Shown here: positions 28,265 through 38,203 of the stretch, one piece after another
Layout of the letters: each line of letters begins with the position of its first letter
Numbering within the stretch: position 1 is the stretch's first letter
Assembly (NCBI GenBank): GCA_963728205.1
Contig: CAVSIV010000006.1
Location: forward strand, 896,001 to 960,000
Direction of reading: 5' to 3'
Length of the DNA stretch: 64,000 nt
DNA from: an uncultured Chloroflexia bacterium
GTDB taxonomy: Bacteria > Chloroflexota > Dehalococcoidia > UBA2979
Made by a program: the position numbers and the translations under genes
The notes under the pieces: generated by a model
Databases searched by the model: none
Seen by the model: only the letters and a program-made list of their open reading frames with translations
What the model was told of the DNA's origin: nothing

Positions 28265-28989
28265 CACGAGGCGCGCGCGCCTTCGTATGCCGGCTCGTAC
28301 GCGCCCCACAGCTGGGTGAGCTCCTGCTGGTCCTTGTAGGTGTCCATCGAACGCCAGAACCCCGTGTGCGTGTGGGCGTACAGGACGCCGCGCCGGCTCA
28401 GTGCGGGCAGCACCTCGCGCTCGAGGTTCTCCCCCTCCCAGGTGTCGAAGGCGCGCGCGTCGAACACGAAGAAGCCCGCGTTGATCCAGCGGTCCGGGAG
28501 CACGGGCTTCTCCTCGAAGTGCGAGACGGTCCCGGTCTCGCCGAAGTGCACCAGCCCGTACTGCGACCGCAGCGGCACCGTGGTCATCGTCGCGAGCGCG
28601 TCGTGCGAGCGGTGAGACTGCATGAGGGCATCCAGATCGACGTCGCCGAGGCCATCGCAGTAGGTGGCGTGGAACACGGGCGTCACGTAATCCCGGCATC
28701 CGAGGATGCGCCCGCCGGTGTCGGTCTGGCTGCCCGTGTCGACGCAGATGACGTCCCAGTCGTGCATCCCCTTGCGTACCTCGAAGTAGTCGACGATCTG
28801 TTCCTTCAGATAGCCGACGGAGAGCACGAAGTTGCGGTACCCAAAGCGCCGGTAGATCCGCATCACCTGCTCGACGATCGGCGCGTTCCCGACCGTCATC
28901 AGCGCTTTCGGCGTCTGGCTGGTGTACGGGTAAGCGCGCGTGCCCTGACCGCCGCACAGGATGACGACCGACATGTCTCGCTGGTTCAT
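28264..28989 (-). CDS. rfbF: Glucose-1-phosphate cytidylyltransferase-like nucleotidyltransferase
   Basis: VILCGGQGTR, PKAL, VDTG..TDTGGRI, FEEKP..WINAGFFVF, GFWRSMDTYKD. Confidence 0.8.
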   Translation of the reverse strand: MNQRDMSVVILCGGQGTRAYPYTSQTPKALMTVGNAPIVEQVMRIYRRFGYRNFVLSVGYLKEQIVDYFEVRKGMHDWDVICVDTGSQTDTGGRILGCRDYVTPVFHATYCDGLGDVDLDALMQSHRSHDALATMTTVPLRSQYGLVHFGETGTVSHFEEKPVLPDRWINAGFFVFDARAFDTWEGENLEREVLPALSRRGVLYAHTHTGFWRSMDTYKDQQELTQLWGAYEPAYEGARAS

Positions 28990-28999
28990 TCCCGGTTCC

Positions 29000-29998
29000 T
29001 CACTGACGCAGGACGAGAGCTGCTTCGACGGCGTCGGGGAGCACGGACGCGTACCAGTCGACGGAGCGCGCAATCCCCTCTTCGAGCCCGACGCGCGGCT
29101 CCCAGCCGAGGACGCGCCGCGACTTCTCGGCGGACAGCCACTGGTGTCGGATCTCGCCGTGCGCCTCGCCGAGCACGCGAGGCGACAGGTCCGTGCGGCG
29201 CGTGCCCTCCAGCACCGCGTCGACCACCTCGAGCACGGAGTGCCCCCTGCTCCAGCCGAAGTTGAACGCCTCGCCGCGGACCTCCGCGCGTTCGAGCTGC
29301 TCCGCCAGCGCGACGTAGGCGCTGACGGCGTCGTCGACGTACAGGTAGTCGCGCCGGAGCGTGCCGTCGCTGCGGATCACGGGTGCCTCGCCCGCGAGCG
29401 CGGAGCGAATCGTGCCCGGGATCAGCCGCGACCAGTTCAGGTCGCCGGGGCCGTAGATGTTTGCGCAGCGGACGATCGCCAGCGGCAGCGCGAATGATGC
29501 GTGGTAGCTGCGCGCGAGCGTCTCTGCGCAGAGCTTGGAGGCGTCGTACGGGTAGATCGCGGCGAGCGGGCTGTCCTCGGTGTACGGCAACACCCGCTGG
29601 TCGCCGTACACCTTGTCCGTCGACGCCAGCACCACGCCGCGTATGAGCGGTGCAGTGCGCGCAGCCTCGAGGACGCACCACGTGCCCCGGATGTTCGACT
29701 CGAACGTCGACACGGGCGACCGGTTCGCGATCCCGACGATCGCCTGCGCCGCGAGATGGAAGACGTACTCGACTTCGTACTCGTTGAGGACGCGCTCGAC
29801 GAGGCCGTCGTCCGTCAGCGAGCCGCGGACGACGTCGACGCCGTCCGCACCGAGCGCGTCGAGCTTCCGCAGCCCCCGCGAGTCGCGGACGATGCCGACG
29901 ACACTGGCGCCGCGCCGCGACAGACTCGCGGCAAGATTCGCTCCAACGAAGCCCCCGGCGCCGGTCACCAGCACGCTGTGTCCCCGCAGGTCCGTCAC
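29000..29998 (-). CDS. NAD-dependent sugar dehydratase (CDP-glucose 4,6-dehydratase-like)
   Basis: LVTGAGGFVG, VFHLAAQAIV, ASTDKVYG, PYDASK, NIYGPGDLNWSRLIP. Confidence 0.88.
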   Translation of the reverse strand: MTDLRGHSVLVTGAGGFVGANLAASLSRRGASVVGIVRDSRGLRKLDALGADGVDVVRGSLTDDGLVERVLNEYEVEYVFHLAAQAIVGIANRSPVSTFESNIRGTWCVLEAARTAPLIRGVVLASTDKVYGDQRVLPYTEDSPLAAIYPYDASKLCAETLARSYHASFALPLAIVRCANIYGPGDLNWSRLIPGTIRSALAGEAPVIRSDGTLRRDYLYVDDAVSAYVALAEQLERAEVRGEAFNFGWSRGHSVLEVVDAVLEGTRRTDLSPRVLGEAHGEIRHQWLSAEKSRRVLGWEPRVGLEEGIARSVDWYASVLPDAVEAALVLRQ

Positions 29999-30918
29999 TA
30001 GAACGCTCCCCTCCCCGAGAGGACCGTCGGCACGGTCCGCAACAAGATCCGGATGTCGCTGGCGAGCGACCACGAGGCGATGTAGCGAAGGTCGAGCCGA
30101 AGCATCTCGTCGAAGTCGAGCAGGCTGCGCCCGCTGACCTGCCAGAGGCCGGTCATTCCCTGCGGCATCGCGAGCCGCTGCCAGTGCTCCGGTTCGTAGG
30201 CCGCGACCTCCGATGCGAGCGGCGGTCGCGGCCCGATGAGGCTGATGTCCCCCTTGAGCACGTTGACGAGCTGCGGCAACTCGTCAAGGCTCAGGCGACG
30301 GAGCACGCGGCCGACCCGCGTCTTTCGCGGATCGTCGCGGATCTTGAAGAGTGGGAAACGCTGCTCGTTCCGCCCGCGGAGCTCGGGCAGCAGATCGTCG
30401 GCATCGGCCCGCATCGACCGGAACTTGTACATGGTGAAGACGCGGCCGCCCGCAGCGGCGCGCTGCTGACGGTGCACAAGGGGGCCGGCCGACTCGAGCT
30501 TGATCGCAACGGCAATCATGGCCATCACCGGGCTGGCAACGAGCAACGCCGCCAGGGCGACGACCACATCCATGACGCGCTTCAGCCGCCGCTGAACGCG
30601 GCTGGAGGCATAGGGCGAGACCGGCGCGAGCGCCGACGATGGCGGGCGGAGGTATGTGATCTGGGGCGGAGCGCGCCGAGCGGGGACGAGTTCGGTCGTG
30701 CTCGTTTCGCCCCTCGAGACGGTCGCCGCCGGCTCCTCGGGGAGGGCGTCGAGCAGCAGGCCCATCAGTCGCGGCGCATCGTCGAGGCTCGCGAAACTCG
30801 CCTGCCGCCGTGAGCCGACGTGTGTGATCTGGCCGTGGTCGATTCGGCTCGACCAATCGACGAAGACCCGGACCACGAAGGAGTGGTAACCCGCAGGCTC
30901 CTCGGGCAGAGTCGACAT
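29998..30918 (-). CDS. Priming sugar transferase (Bac_transf/WcaJ-type C-terminal domain) with extra N-terminal domain
   Basis: KRVMDVV, FTMYKFRSM, DDPRKTRVG, SLDELPQLVNVLKGDISLIGPRP, GMTGLWQVSGRS. Confidence 0.92.
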   Translation of the reverse strand: MSTLPEEPAGYHSFVVRVFVDWSSRIDHGQITHVGSRRQASFASLDDAPRLMGLLLDALPEEPAATVSRGETSTTELVPARRAPPQITYLRPPSSALAPVSPYASSRVQRRLKRVMDVVVALAALLVASPVMAMIAVAIKLESAGPLVHRQQRAAAGGRVFTMYKFRSMRADADDLLPELRGRNEQRFPLFKIRDDPRKTRVGRVLRRLSLDELPQLVNVLKGDISLIGPRPPLASEVAAYEPEHWQRLAMPQGMTGLWQVSGRSLLDFDEMLRLDLRYIASWSLASDIRILLRTVPTVLSGRGAF

Positions 30919-30979
30919 GGACAAACCGCCATCGCTCCCACTTGCCGCACCAGCACATGGTGCGTTGTAGGAGCGGCGA

Positions 30980-30994
30980 GTTACGCCGGAGTTA
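30980..30994 (-). promoter_or_regulatory. TAAC-N7-TAAC box 6
   Basis: Minus strand TAACtccggcgTAAC, then 10 bp, then TACAAC. Confidence 0.7.
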
Positions 30995-31041
30995 CTCTCG
31001 GCCGGCGATGGCGGCCGACCGCACGGTGGCGGCGGCAGGCA

Positions 31042-32733
31042 TTACGAATGCACCCGGCCTCCGCCGCGCTGCACGCCCGCCACTCCCTCGCCCACCGCGG
31101 GGAGGCCGAGTCCTTCGACGATTCCGTCGACGTACAGGATGGCGAGCGCTTCCTGCACGGCGCGCTCGATCGCCTCGTCGATGCGTGCCCCAAACGCTGC
31201 GCGTAGATCCGCCACGATGTCCGAGACCGAAGCGTGTCCGTCGATGCGCTTGACCACCTCGGCGACGAGCGGCGAGCACGCCGTGCCTGCGGGACGCGCG
31301 GGCGAGCGAAGCACGTACCCCCACGCGAACTCGCCGCCCTCGATCACCGGCTGCACGTCCACGCGTGCCTCCGGGGCGAGCGCGGGGCAGGCATCGGATG
31401 GCACGAGGGTGCCGTTGAGTCGTTCGCGACGCTGCTCGCGCTCCGTCTCCAGCGCGCGCACGCTCTGCACGAACGCGTTCGGCGCTTCGCCGTGCTCCAC
31501 GACGACCCGTTCGTACCCCTGCGGCGGCTGCCCCGCCACCGCGGTGATGAAGGCGTGGCGCGGCGAGTAGTCGGCATCCGCGTCGGTGATGCGTCGCGCC
31601 TCCCAGAAGTAGGAGTCAGCGGTGCGGTTGCTGGAGTAGAAGAGCTTCGCGAGCTCGTGGAAGTGCCGGTACTGCGTCCCGAAGAGCTCGCCGTAGACGG
31701 GTGCGGCGGCACGTCCGAGTCGCGGGTCCTTGCGCGCCGACACGACGTAGGCGGCGGCGAGCAGCGCCGAGCTCATCGCGAGGTGGACGCCCGACGAGAA
31801 CAGCGGGTCGACGAAGCATGCCGCATCGCCGACGAGCACCCACCCGTCGCCGGCGACCTGCTCGGAAGCGTAGGACCAGTCTTTGATCACGTGAGGACCC
31901 TCGGCGAGCGCAGCGCCCTCGAGCAGCGCGCTTACCCGGGGCGCCTCTGCCAGTCGCGCCTCGAGAAAGCGGTCGACCGGCTGTTTGCGCAGCGCGCGCT
32001 GCGCGCGCTCGCTGTCCACCACCACCCCGACGCTGGAGACCCCCGTGTGCAGCGGGATCGCCCACGCCCACCCGTCCGCGAACGACTCGACCAGGATGTT
32101 GCCCGCGGCCGGCGCCGGGAGGCCCCGCGCACCGCGGTAGTAGGCGTAGACGGCGAGATTGCGGAAGAACGGGTCCCACCGGCGCAGATCGCGCGCCCGC
32201 CCGATCACCGCTTGCTGCCCGCTCGCGTCGACGACGAAGTCTGCCGCGACCGTCGTCGTCCGGCCGCCACGACGGCGGCAGCGCACCCCGGTGGCGCGGT
32301 CGCCCTCGAAGCAGACCTCGACGACCTGCACCCCCTCGCGCACATCGGCGCCGAGTGACCGCGCGTGCTCCAGCAGGATCTGGTCGAACTCCGGTCGGGT
32401 GACCTGGTACGAGTGCGGCCAGCGCGCGTTCGTCTCGCGGAAGAACCACGACCACGGCGTCGGGTCCGAGCCCCAGACCATCGTCGCGCCGGGCTTCTCC
32501 AGGAAACCGGCGCGCTGGACCGCGGCGAGCGCGCCGATCTCTTCGAGGATCGGCAGGGTCGCCGGCAGCAGCGACTCGCCCACGTGCGACCGCGGGAAGT
32601 GCTCGCGCTCGAGCACCAGCACGCGCATCCCGGTGCGCGCCAGCGCGGCCGCGGCGGTGCTCCCACCCGGACCGCCGCCGATCACGATCGCGTCGACGCT
32701 CGACGGCAAGGCCGGCCCGCGCGCAGGGCTCAC
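31042..32733 (-). CDS. Flavin-dependent halogenase-family protein with C-terminal extension
   Basis: GGGPGGS FAD motif, FPRSHVGESLLP, WAWAIP (WxWxIP), LVGDAACFVDPLFSSGVHLA. Confidence 0.85.
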   Translation of the reverse strand: MSPARGPALPSSVDAIVIGGGPGGSTAAAALARTGMRVLVLEREHFPRSHVGESLLPATLPILEEIGALAAVQRAGFLEKPGATMVWGSDPTPWSWFFRETNARWPHSYQVTRPEFDQILLEHARSLGADVREGVQVVEVCFEGDRATGVRCRRRGGRTTTVAADFVVDASGQQAVIGRARDLRRWDPFFRNLAVYAYYRGARGLPAPAAGNILVESFADGWAWAIPLHTGVSSVGVVVDSERAQRALRKQPVDRFLEARLAEAPRVSALLEGAALAEGPHVIKDWSYASEQVAGDGWVLVGDAACFVDPLFSSGVHLAMSSALLAAAYVVSARKDPRLGRAAAPVYGELFGTQYRHFHELAKLFYSSNRTADSYFWEARRITDADADYSPRHAFITAVAGQPPQGYERVVVEHGEAPNAFVQSVRALETEREQRRERLNGTLVPSDACPALAPEARVDVQPVIEGGEFAWGYVLRSPARPAGTACSPLVAEVVKRIDGHASVSDIVADLRAAFGARIDEAIERAVQEALAILYVDGIVEGLGLPAVGEGVAGVQRGGGRVHS

Positions 32734-32758
32734 GCCGGGGCCCGGCGCGCGAGGACAC

Positions 32759-34066
32759 TCAGTCGCCCGCCTCCACCGGCTCGATCGCCTTGGCGTCGGC
32801 CGGGTTCTTCTCGTAGGGGCCGGGGAGCCCGAGCTCCTCGCCCATCTCGCGCACCGCCGGGAGCACGTCGGAGCCGAACAGCCGCAGGCTCCGCATGGAG
32901 TCCTCGTGCGTCATTGCGCCGTCGCCGTCCCAGAAGAAGATGCTCCCGGGGCGCAGCGTCTCGAGGACATGCCGGATCTTCGGGATCACGGTCTTCGGCG
33001 TGCCGGTGATGATCGTGTAGTTCTCGAGCTGCTCGTCGTATCCGGCCTGCATCGCGGGCCGGGCGGGGGCAGCCTTCCCGCCGTTCCCGCCGCTCTCGGC
33101 CGGCAGCTCGGTGTGACCGCGCGAGGCCGCGGCGATCCCGACCTGGCCGGTCGGCAGCAGGTTGTTGCGGTCGGTGAGACCGGGCAGGTTCTGCAGCACC
33201 GGCGAGGCCACGCCGCGGCTGCCCTCGAGGAAGATGTTCCCGGGGCCGTCGAGGAACTTCTTCGCGGTCGCATACGCGAGTTCTTCGGTCTCGTCGACGT
33301 GCACCTTGAACAGGTAGCCGATGTGCTCCGGGCCGGCCTCGTACCCCTCGCGCGCGGCGACCTCGCGGTAGTAGTCGAACGACTGGCGCGTCGGCTCGAG
33401 GCGTGTGGCGAGCATCACGTAGGGATACCGGTGCTTCGCCGCCCACTCCACGGTGTTCCGGGAGAGCACGCCCGGGATCATGATCAACGGGTGCGGCTGC
33501 TGGTACGGCCGCATCCACGGGTTCACGTAGCGGTACTGGTAGTGCTCGCCCTCCCACCGGAACGGGCCGGGCGTCGTCCACGCCTTGATGATGAAGTCGT
33601 GCGCCTCCTGGAAGCGCTCCCAGTTGAAGGGTGGCTGCGCGTTGTGCGCGACGCTCTCGCGGCCGGTGCCGCGCACCCATCCAGTCACGAGCCGACCCTC
33701 GGAGATCATGTCGATCGTCGCGAGCGTCTCGGCCAGCCAGAGCGGGTCATCCCAGATGGGTAGCACGTTCCCGTTGAGAACGATCTTCACCTTCTTGGTG
33801 ATGCGGGCGAGGATCGACGCCTCGACGTTGACGACGCCGCCCATGCAGAACGGCGTGCTGTGGTGCTCGTTGAGCATGATCGCGTCGAAGCCCATCTCCT
33901 CGACCACGATCTTCTCGTCGAAGTAGCGGTTGTAGAGCTCGGCGCCGAGCTTCGGGTCGTACTCACCGTTGCTGATCGAGAGGTCCTGGATGTTGCGTCC
34001 GGTCGCGCCGAAGTACCCGGAGTTCGGGTCCTGATACGGCCGCTCGGTGAAGTATCCGACGAACAT
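32759..34066 (-). CDS. LLM-class (luciferase-like) flavin-dependent oxidoreductase
   Basis: EEMGFDAIMLNEHHST, LAETLATIDMISEGRL, PYQQPHP, SLRLFGSDVLP. Confidence 0.92.
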   Translation of the reverse strand: MFVGYFTERPYQDPNSGYFGATGRNIQDLSISNGEYDPKLGAELYNRYFDEKIVVEEMGFDAIMLNEHHSTPFCMGGVVNVEASILARITKKVKIVLNGNVLPIWDDPLWLAETLATIDMISEGRLVTGWVRGTGRESVAHNAQPPFNWERFQEAHDFIIKAWTTPGPFRWEGEHYQYRYVNPWMRPYQQPHPLIMIPGVLSRNTVEWAAKHRYPYVMLATRLEPTRQSFDYYREVAAREGYEAGPEHIGYLFKVHVDETEELAYATAKKFLDGPGNIFLEGSRGVASPVLQNLPGLTDRNNLLPTGQVGIAAASRGHTELPAESGGNGGKAAPARPAMQAGYDEQLENYTIITGTPKTVIPKIRHVLETLRPGSIFFWDGDGAMTHEDSMRSLRLFGSDVLPAVREMGEELGLPGPYEKNPADAKAIEPVEAGD

Positions 34067-34890
34067 CAGCGGCTCCTCGCCTGCACCGGCCGCGCGCTCG
34101 CGACCTGCTGCGCAGCGTGGTTGACGACCAACGCCGCGACTCGATCGGGTTCCTCGATCTCGACCGCGTGCCCGGCTCCGGGGACGACCTCGAGGTGGGC
34201 GTGCGGCAGCGCCGCCGCGTACTGCTCTCCGATCGTCCGGGGCGTCACACGATCTGCCTCGCCCCACACCGCGAGCGTCGGGGTCTCAACCTCGGTGAGC
34301 AGGTGCGGGAGCCGCGTGTTGTACATGTAGGGGCGCCACGAGATGCGCGCGGTCATGACCCGGTTGAACTGCCAGAGGGTCACGAGGCTGCGATCGACCT
34401 CCGCGCCGAGATGCCGCTCGGCGGTGGCATCGTCGCGGAACGCGGCCCGCGCGTACTCGGTGTGATCCATCAGCATCTGGTCCATGATGTCGCCCGTCTG
34501 GGGCCGAAGCCCGGCGGCGCCCACGACGACGAGGCTCGACAGGCCGCCGGGGTTCATCGTCGCCATCTCGGCGGCGATGAAGCCGCCGAGGCCGAGTCCG
34601 ACCACGGTCACGCCGCTGAGCTGCTGCTTCCGCAGGTACTGGAGCATCAGGATCGCGAGGTCGCGCGGTTCGCGCGCCCACTCGGGCAAGGTCGACTGCC
34701 CGTAGCCGGGCAGATCGGGAACCAGCACGTCGTGTTGCTCGGCGAGGGCGTCGAAGAACGGTGTCCAGCCAGTGCTGCCCGTCGAGCGATGCAGCACGAG
34801 CAGCGGCGGTCCGTCGCCGGCGCGCATCGCGTGGATCCCGAGGCCCGCCACCTCGACTTCATGGTCCTCGGGCGTGCGTGTCGTCGTCAC
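34066..34890 (-). CDS. Alpha/beta fold hydrolase-like protein (nucleophile elbow GLGLGG, Ser absent)
   Basis: GDGPPLLVLH, PDLPGYG, PTLAVWGEADRV, GAGHAVEIEEP. Confidence 0.85.
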   Translation of the reverse strand: MTTTRTPEDHEVEVAGLGIHAMRAGDGPPLLVLHRSTGSTGWTPFFDALAEQHDVLVPDLPGYGQSTLPEWAREPRDLAILMLQYLRKQQLSGVTVVGLGLGGFIAAEMATMNPGGLSSLVVVGAAGLRPQTGDIMDQMLMDHTEYARAAFRDDATAERHLGAEVDRSLVTLWQFNRVMTARISWRPYMYNTRLPHLLTEVETPTLAVWGEADRVTPRTIGEQYAAALPHAHLEVVPGAGHAVEIEEPDRVAALVVNHAAQQVASARPVQARSR

Positions 34891-35025
34891 GTGCCCCCCT
34901 TCCGGAGCGGTGGCCGGGATACTAGAGCCTCCCGCCGCGCGTGACCAACACGTTCGTAGTAGCCCGGAACCACGTCAGCCGCCAGAATGCGGACGGCCCC
35001 CGGCGTCGAGGAAGAGGCGGTCGGC

Positions 35026-36726
35026 ATGACGGCGGACGGCGCACCTGCCCCGGTCAGCGAGGAGCTGCTCGTCATCCCGACGCGCGACGGCGCCGCGCTC
35101 GCGGCGTCGCTCACGCGTCCGGCCGGGCCCGGGCCGTTCCCGACGATCCTCGTCCGCACGCCCTACGACCGCACGAACCAGCGCGCGTCCGGGGAGGCTT
35201 GGGCGCGCGCGGGCTACGCGTTCGTACGGCAGGACGTGCGCGGCCGCTTCGACTCGGAGGGAGAGTTCTACCCGTTCCGCGACGACCCGGCGGACGGCGC
35301 CGACACGATCGCCTGGATCGCGCAGCAGCCGTGGAGCAGCGGCGCCGTCGGGATGAGCGGCGCGTCGCATGTCGGCACCGTGCAGTACCTCGTTGCTCCC
35401 CAGCGGCCGCCGGCACTGGCGGCCGCCATCCCGGAGTTCGCTCCGGCCAGCGTCTACCACTACTGGTGGTGGCATGGGGGCGCCTTCCGCCTGTCGTTCA
35501 ACGCCGCCTGGGCCGTGCTGCTGGCCCGAGACAACCTGCGCCACTTCCCCTCGCGACTCGCCGAGCTCGAGGCGCAGCGCGCCCAGGCGTGGGTGACGCC
35601 CGAGGAGATGCGCCGTCTCGAGATCAAGCCCTTCTTCCGGCGCTGGGCGCCCGAGACCTTCGCCCGCCTGCCGACGGTCTTCGGCAACAGCTGGTTCCAG
35701 GAGTTCATGGCGCACCCATCGTTCGACCCGTTCTGGGAGCCGTACGACCTCACGCGCCGGCACCGGGACTGCGCTGCGCCCATGCTGCACGTCGGCGGCT
35801 GGTTCGACACGTTCGCGCAGGGCACGATCGACTCGTTCAGCGGCCTGTCCGCTGCCGGACGGGCGGAGCAGCGGCTCATCGTTGGTCCGTGGCGACACGT
35901 GAACTGGGGCCAGCGCGAGACAGGTGAGCTCGACTTCGGGCCCTCCGTGCTCGAGGTCGACCCGTTCGCAACGCGGCGGGCCTGGTTCGACCGCTGGCTC
36001 CGTGGTGCCGACGGCGACGACCCGCCGGTGCTGATCTACGTGATGGGCGAGAACGCCTGGCGCCGCGAGGAGGCGTGGCCGCCGCCGACCGCGCAGGAGC
36101 AGGCCTGGTACCTGGGCGCGGACGGCTCGCTCCGCCGCGACGCGCCCGGCGACGAGCGAGGGCGCTCGTTCACCTACGACCCGCGCGATCCCGTCGTCAC
36201 GCTGGGCGGCCCGGACTGGGTGAACTACCCGTGCGGGCCCTTCGACCAGGCGCCCCTCGACGCGCGACCGGACATCCTGCGCTTCCAGTCGGCTCCGCTC
36301 GACCGCGACGTCGAGGTCACCGGCCGCGTGCGCGCCCTGCTCTGGGTCGCGTCGACGGCGGTCGACACCGACTTCACGGCCAAGCTCATCGACGTGCACC
36401 CCGACGGGCGCGCGTTCAACCTCTGCGACGGGATTCGCCGCGCGCGCTACCGCGACTCGTTCGCGACGCCGAGCCTGCTCGCGCCGGGCGAGCCCGTCGC
36501 TATCGCGATCGACCTCTGGTCGACGAGCAACCTCTTCCGTCGCGGCCACCGGATCCGACTCGACGTGTCGAGCAGCAACTTCCCGCGCTTCGACGTCAAC
36601 CCCAACACCGGCGACGGATCGCTCGGCGGCCCCGAGGCGGACCGCCCGTACGTCACCGCGACCAACACCGTCTTCTGCGATCGCGAGCGGCCGTCCCGGA
36701 TCGTGCTCCCCGTCGTCCCGCGCTGA
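35026..36726 (+). CDS. CocE/NonD-family serine hydrolase
   Basis: RTPYD, QDVRGRFDSEG, GMSGASH, GGWFD, GPWRH, DTDFTAKLIDV, SSSNFPRF. Confidence 0.93.
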   Translation: MTADGAPAPVSEELLVIPTRDGAALAASLTRPAGPGPFPTILVRTPYDRTNQRASGEAWARAGYAFVRQDVRGRFDSEGEFYPFRDDPADGADTIAWIAQQPWSSGAVGMSGASHVGTVQYLVAPQRPPALAAAIPEFAPASVYHYWWWHGGAFRLSFNAAWAVLLARDNLRHFPSRLAELEAQRAQAWVTPEEMRRLEIKPFFRRWAPETFARLPTVFGNSWFQEFMAHPSFDPFWEPYDLTRRHRDCAAPMLHVGGWFDTFAQGTIDSFSGLSAAGRAEQRLIVGPWRHVNWGQRETGELDFGPSVLEVDPFATRRAWFDRWLRGADGDDPPVLIYVMGENAWRREEAWPPPTAQEQAWYLGADGSLRRDAPGDERGRSFTYDPRDPVVTLGGPDWVNYPCGPFDQAPLDARPDILRFQSAPLDRDVEVTGRVRALLWVASTAVDTDFTAKLIDVHPDGRAFNLCDGIRRARYRDSFATPSLLAPGEPVAIAIDLWSTSNLFRRGHRIRLDVSSSNFPRFDVNPNTGDGSLGGPEADRPYVTATNTVFCDRERPSRIVLPVVPR

Positions 36727-36792
36727 TCGCCCCCGGCGCAGCGCGAAGTGACGCAGCGCCGGGGGCGGGCGAGTCCATGCACACGGGCTCCG

Positions 36793-38040
36793 TTAACCGC
36801 GCGGCAGCCCCAGCCCGCGCGTCGCGATGATGTTCCGCTGGATCTCCGAGGACCCCGCGGCGATCGTCGCCGGCACGGAGGTCACGTAGTCCTGCGTGAA
36901 CGACGCCCGCGCCGGCGCGTGCGGGTCGCCCGGGTCCCAGAGGTTCGAGTACAGCCCGAACAGCTTCGTGCCCGTGCGCGCCAGGCGCTGCCGCGCCTCG
37001 GAGATGAACATCTTCGCCATCGACGCCTCGTAGTTCGGGATCAGCCCGCGGTTCTGCATCGAGATGATGCGGAACGAGAAGTTCGACCCCACCTCACTCT
37101 CGACGTAGCGGTCCGCGACCTCGAGGCGCAGTGCCGTCGCCTCGCCCGACTGCCCGCCGAGCCGCGCCTTCTCCGCGCCCTCCTCGGTGCCGACGTAGTC
37201 GATCAGGCGCCGAATCGTGCGTCGCGCGGCGACCGCGCCGGAGATGTTCGAGCGCTCGAAGTCGAGCAGCGTGGCGCCGACGTACCAGCCGCGGTTCACC
37301 TCGCCGACCGCGTTCTTCGCCGGCACGCGCACGTCCTCGAAGAACGTCTCGTTGAAGCCGTGCTTCCACGCCATGTTGATCAGCGGCCGCACGCTGAGCC
37401 CCGGCGTGTGAATGTCCTCGATCACGAGGAACGTGATCCCACGGTGCTTCGGCGCGTCGGGATCGGTGCGCACGAGCGCGAACAGCGCGTCTGCGTGGTG
37501 CGCGCCCGACGTCCAGATCTTCTGCCCGTTCACCACGAAGTCGTCGCCGTCGCGGACGGCGCGCGTCTGCAGCGACGCGAGGTCCGAGCCGGCTCCCGGC
37601 TCCGAGTAGCCCTGCGCGTAGACGACCTCGCCCGACAGGATCGGCGGGAGCCACTTCTGCTTCTGCTCGTCGGTGCCGTGCACGATCAGCGTCGGCCCGA
37701 GCAGGCTGACGCCTGAGCCGCCGACGCGCGGCGCGCCGGCCGACGAGATCTCCTGGTTGAAGATGAACTGCTCCATCGGCGAGAGCCCGCCGCCGCCGTA
37801 CTCGCGCGGCCACTGCGGCGCGAACCAGCCGCGCGCCGCGAGCGCATCGCCCCAGCGCTTGGCCGCGTCGCGTCGCTCCGCGTCGTCGGACTTCCGGTCG
37901 GCGGTCCAGTCGCCGCCGCCGCCCTCTTCGACGTTGTCGCCGGCGGCGATGCGCCGGTAGTAGTCCGGCAGGTCCTGCTCGAGGACGCCGCGCACCTGCG
38001 CGCGGAAGTCGGCCTGCTCCTGCGTGTCCGCCCAATCCAT
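36793..38040 (-). CDS. Acyl-CoA dehydrogenase
   Basis: QGYSEPGAGSDLASL, VNGQKIWTS, FNETFFEDVRVP, IAAGSSEIQRNIIA. Confidence 0.95.
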   Translation of the reverse strand: MDWADTQEQADFRAQVRGVLEQDLPDYYRRIAAGDNVEEGGGGDWTADRKSDDAERRDAAKRWGDALAARGWFAPQWPREYGGGGLSPMEQFIFNQEISSAGAPRVGGSGVSLLGPTLIVHGTDEQKQKWLPPILSGEVVYAQGYSEPGAGSDLASLQTRAVRDGDDFVVNGQKIWTSGAHHADALFALVRTDPDAPKHRGITFLVIEDIHTPGLSVRPLINMAWKHGFNETFFEDVRVPAKNAVGEVNRGWYVGATLLDFERSNISGAVAARRTIRRLIDYVGTEEGAEKARLGGQSGEATALRLEVADRYVESEVGSNFSFRIISMQNRGLIPNYEASMAKMFISEARQRLARTGTKLFGLYSNLWDPGDPHAPARASFTQDYVTSVPATIAAGSSEIQRNIIATRGLGLPRG

Positions 38041-38203
38041 CGATGCACCCCCCATGACCGTGAAACCCTGCGCAGTGACATCGCGAGTGTAATCGCTCTC
38101 CGCGAGCGTGCACCCGCGGCGCCGCGTTGACGACCCGGGCGTGCGAACGGGACGGCGAACCGGGCGCGCGGGCGCCGCTCGCCGCAGGTGGGGGCTGCAG
38201 CGC

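Noticed and set aside
36791-36800. GTTAACCGC resembling the TAAC box
   Set aside because: Single half-site formed by the acyl-CoA dehydrogenase stop codon; no second repeat.
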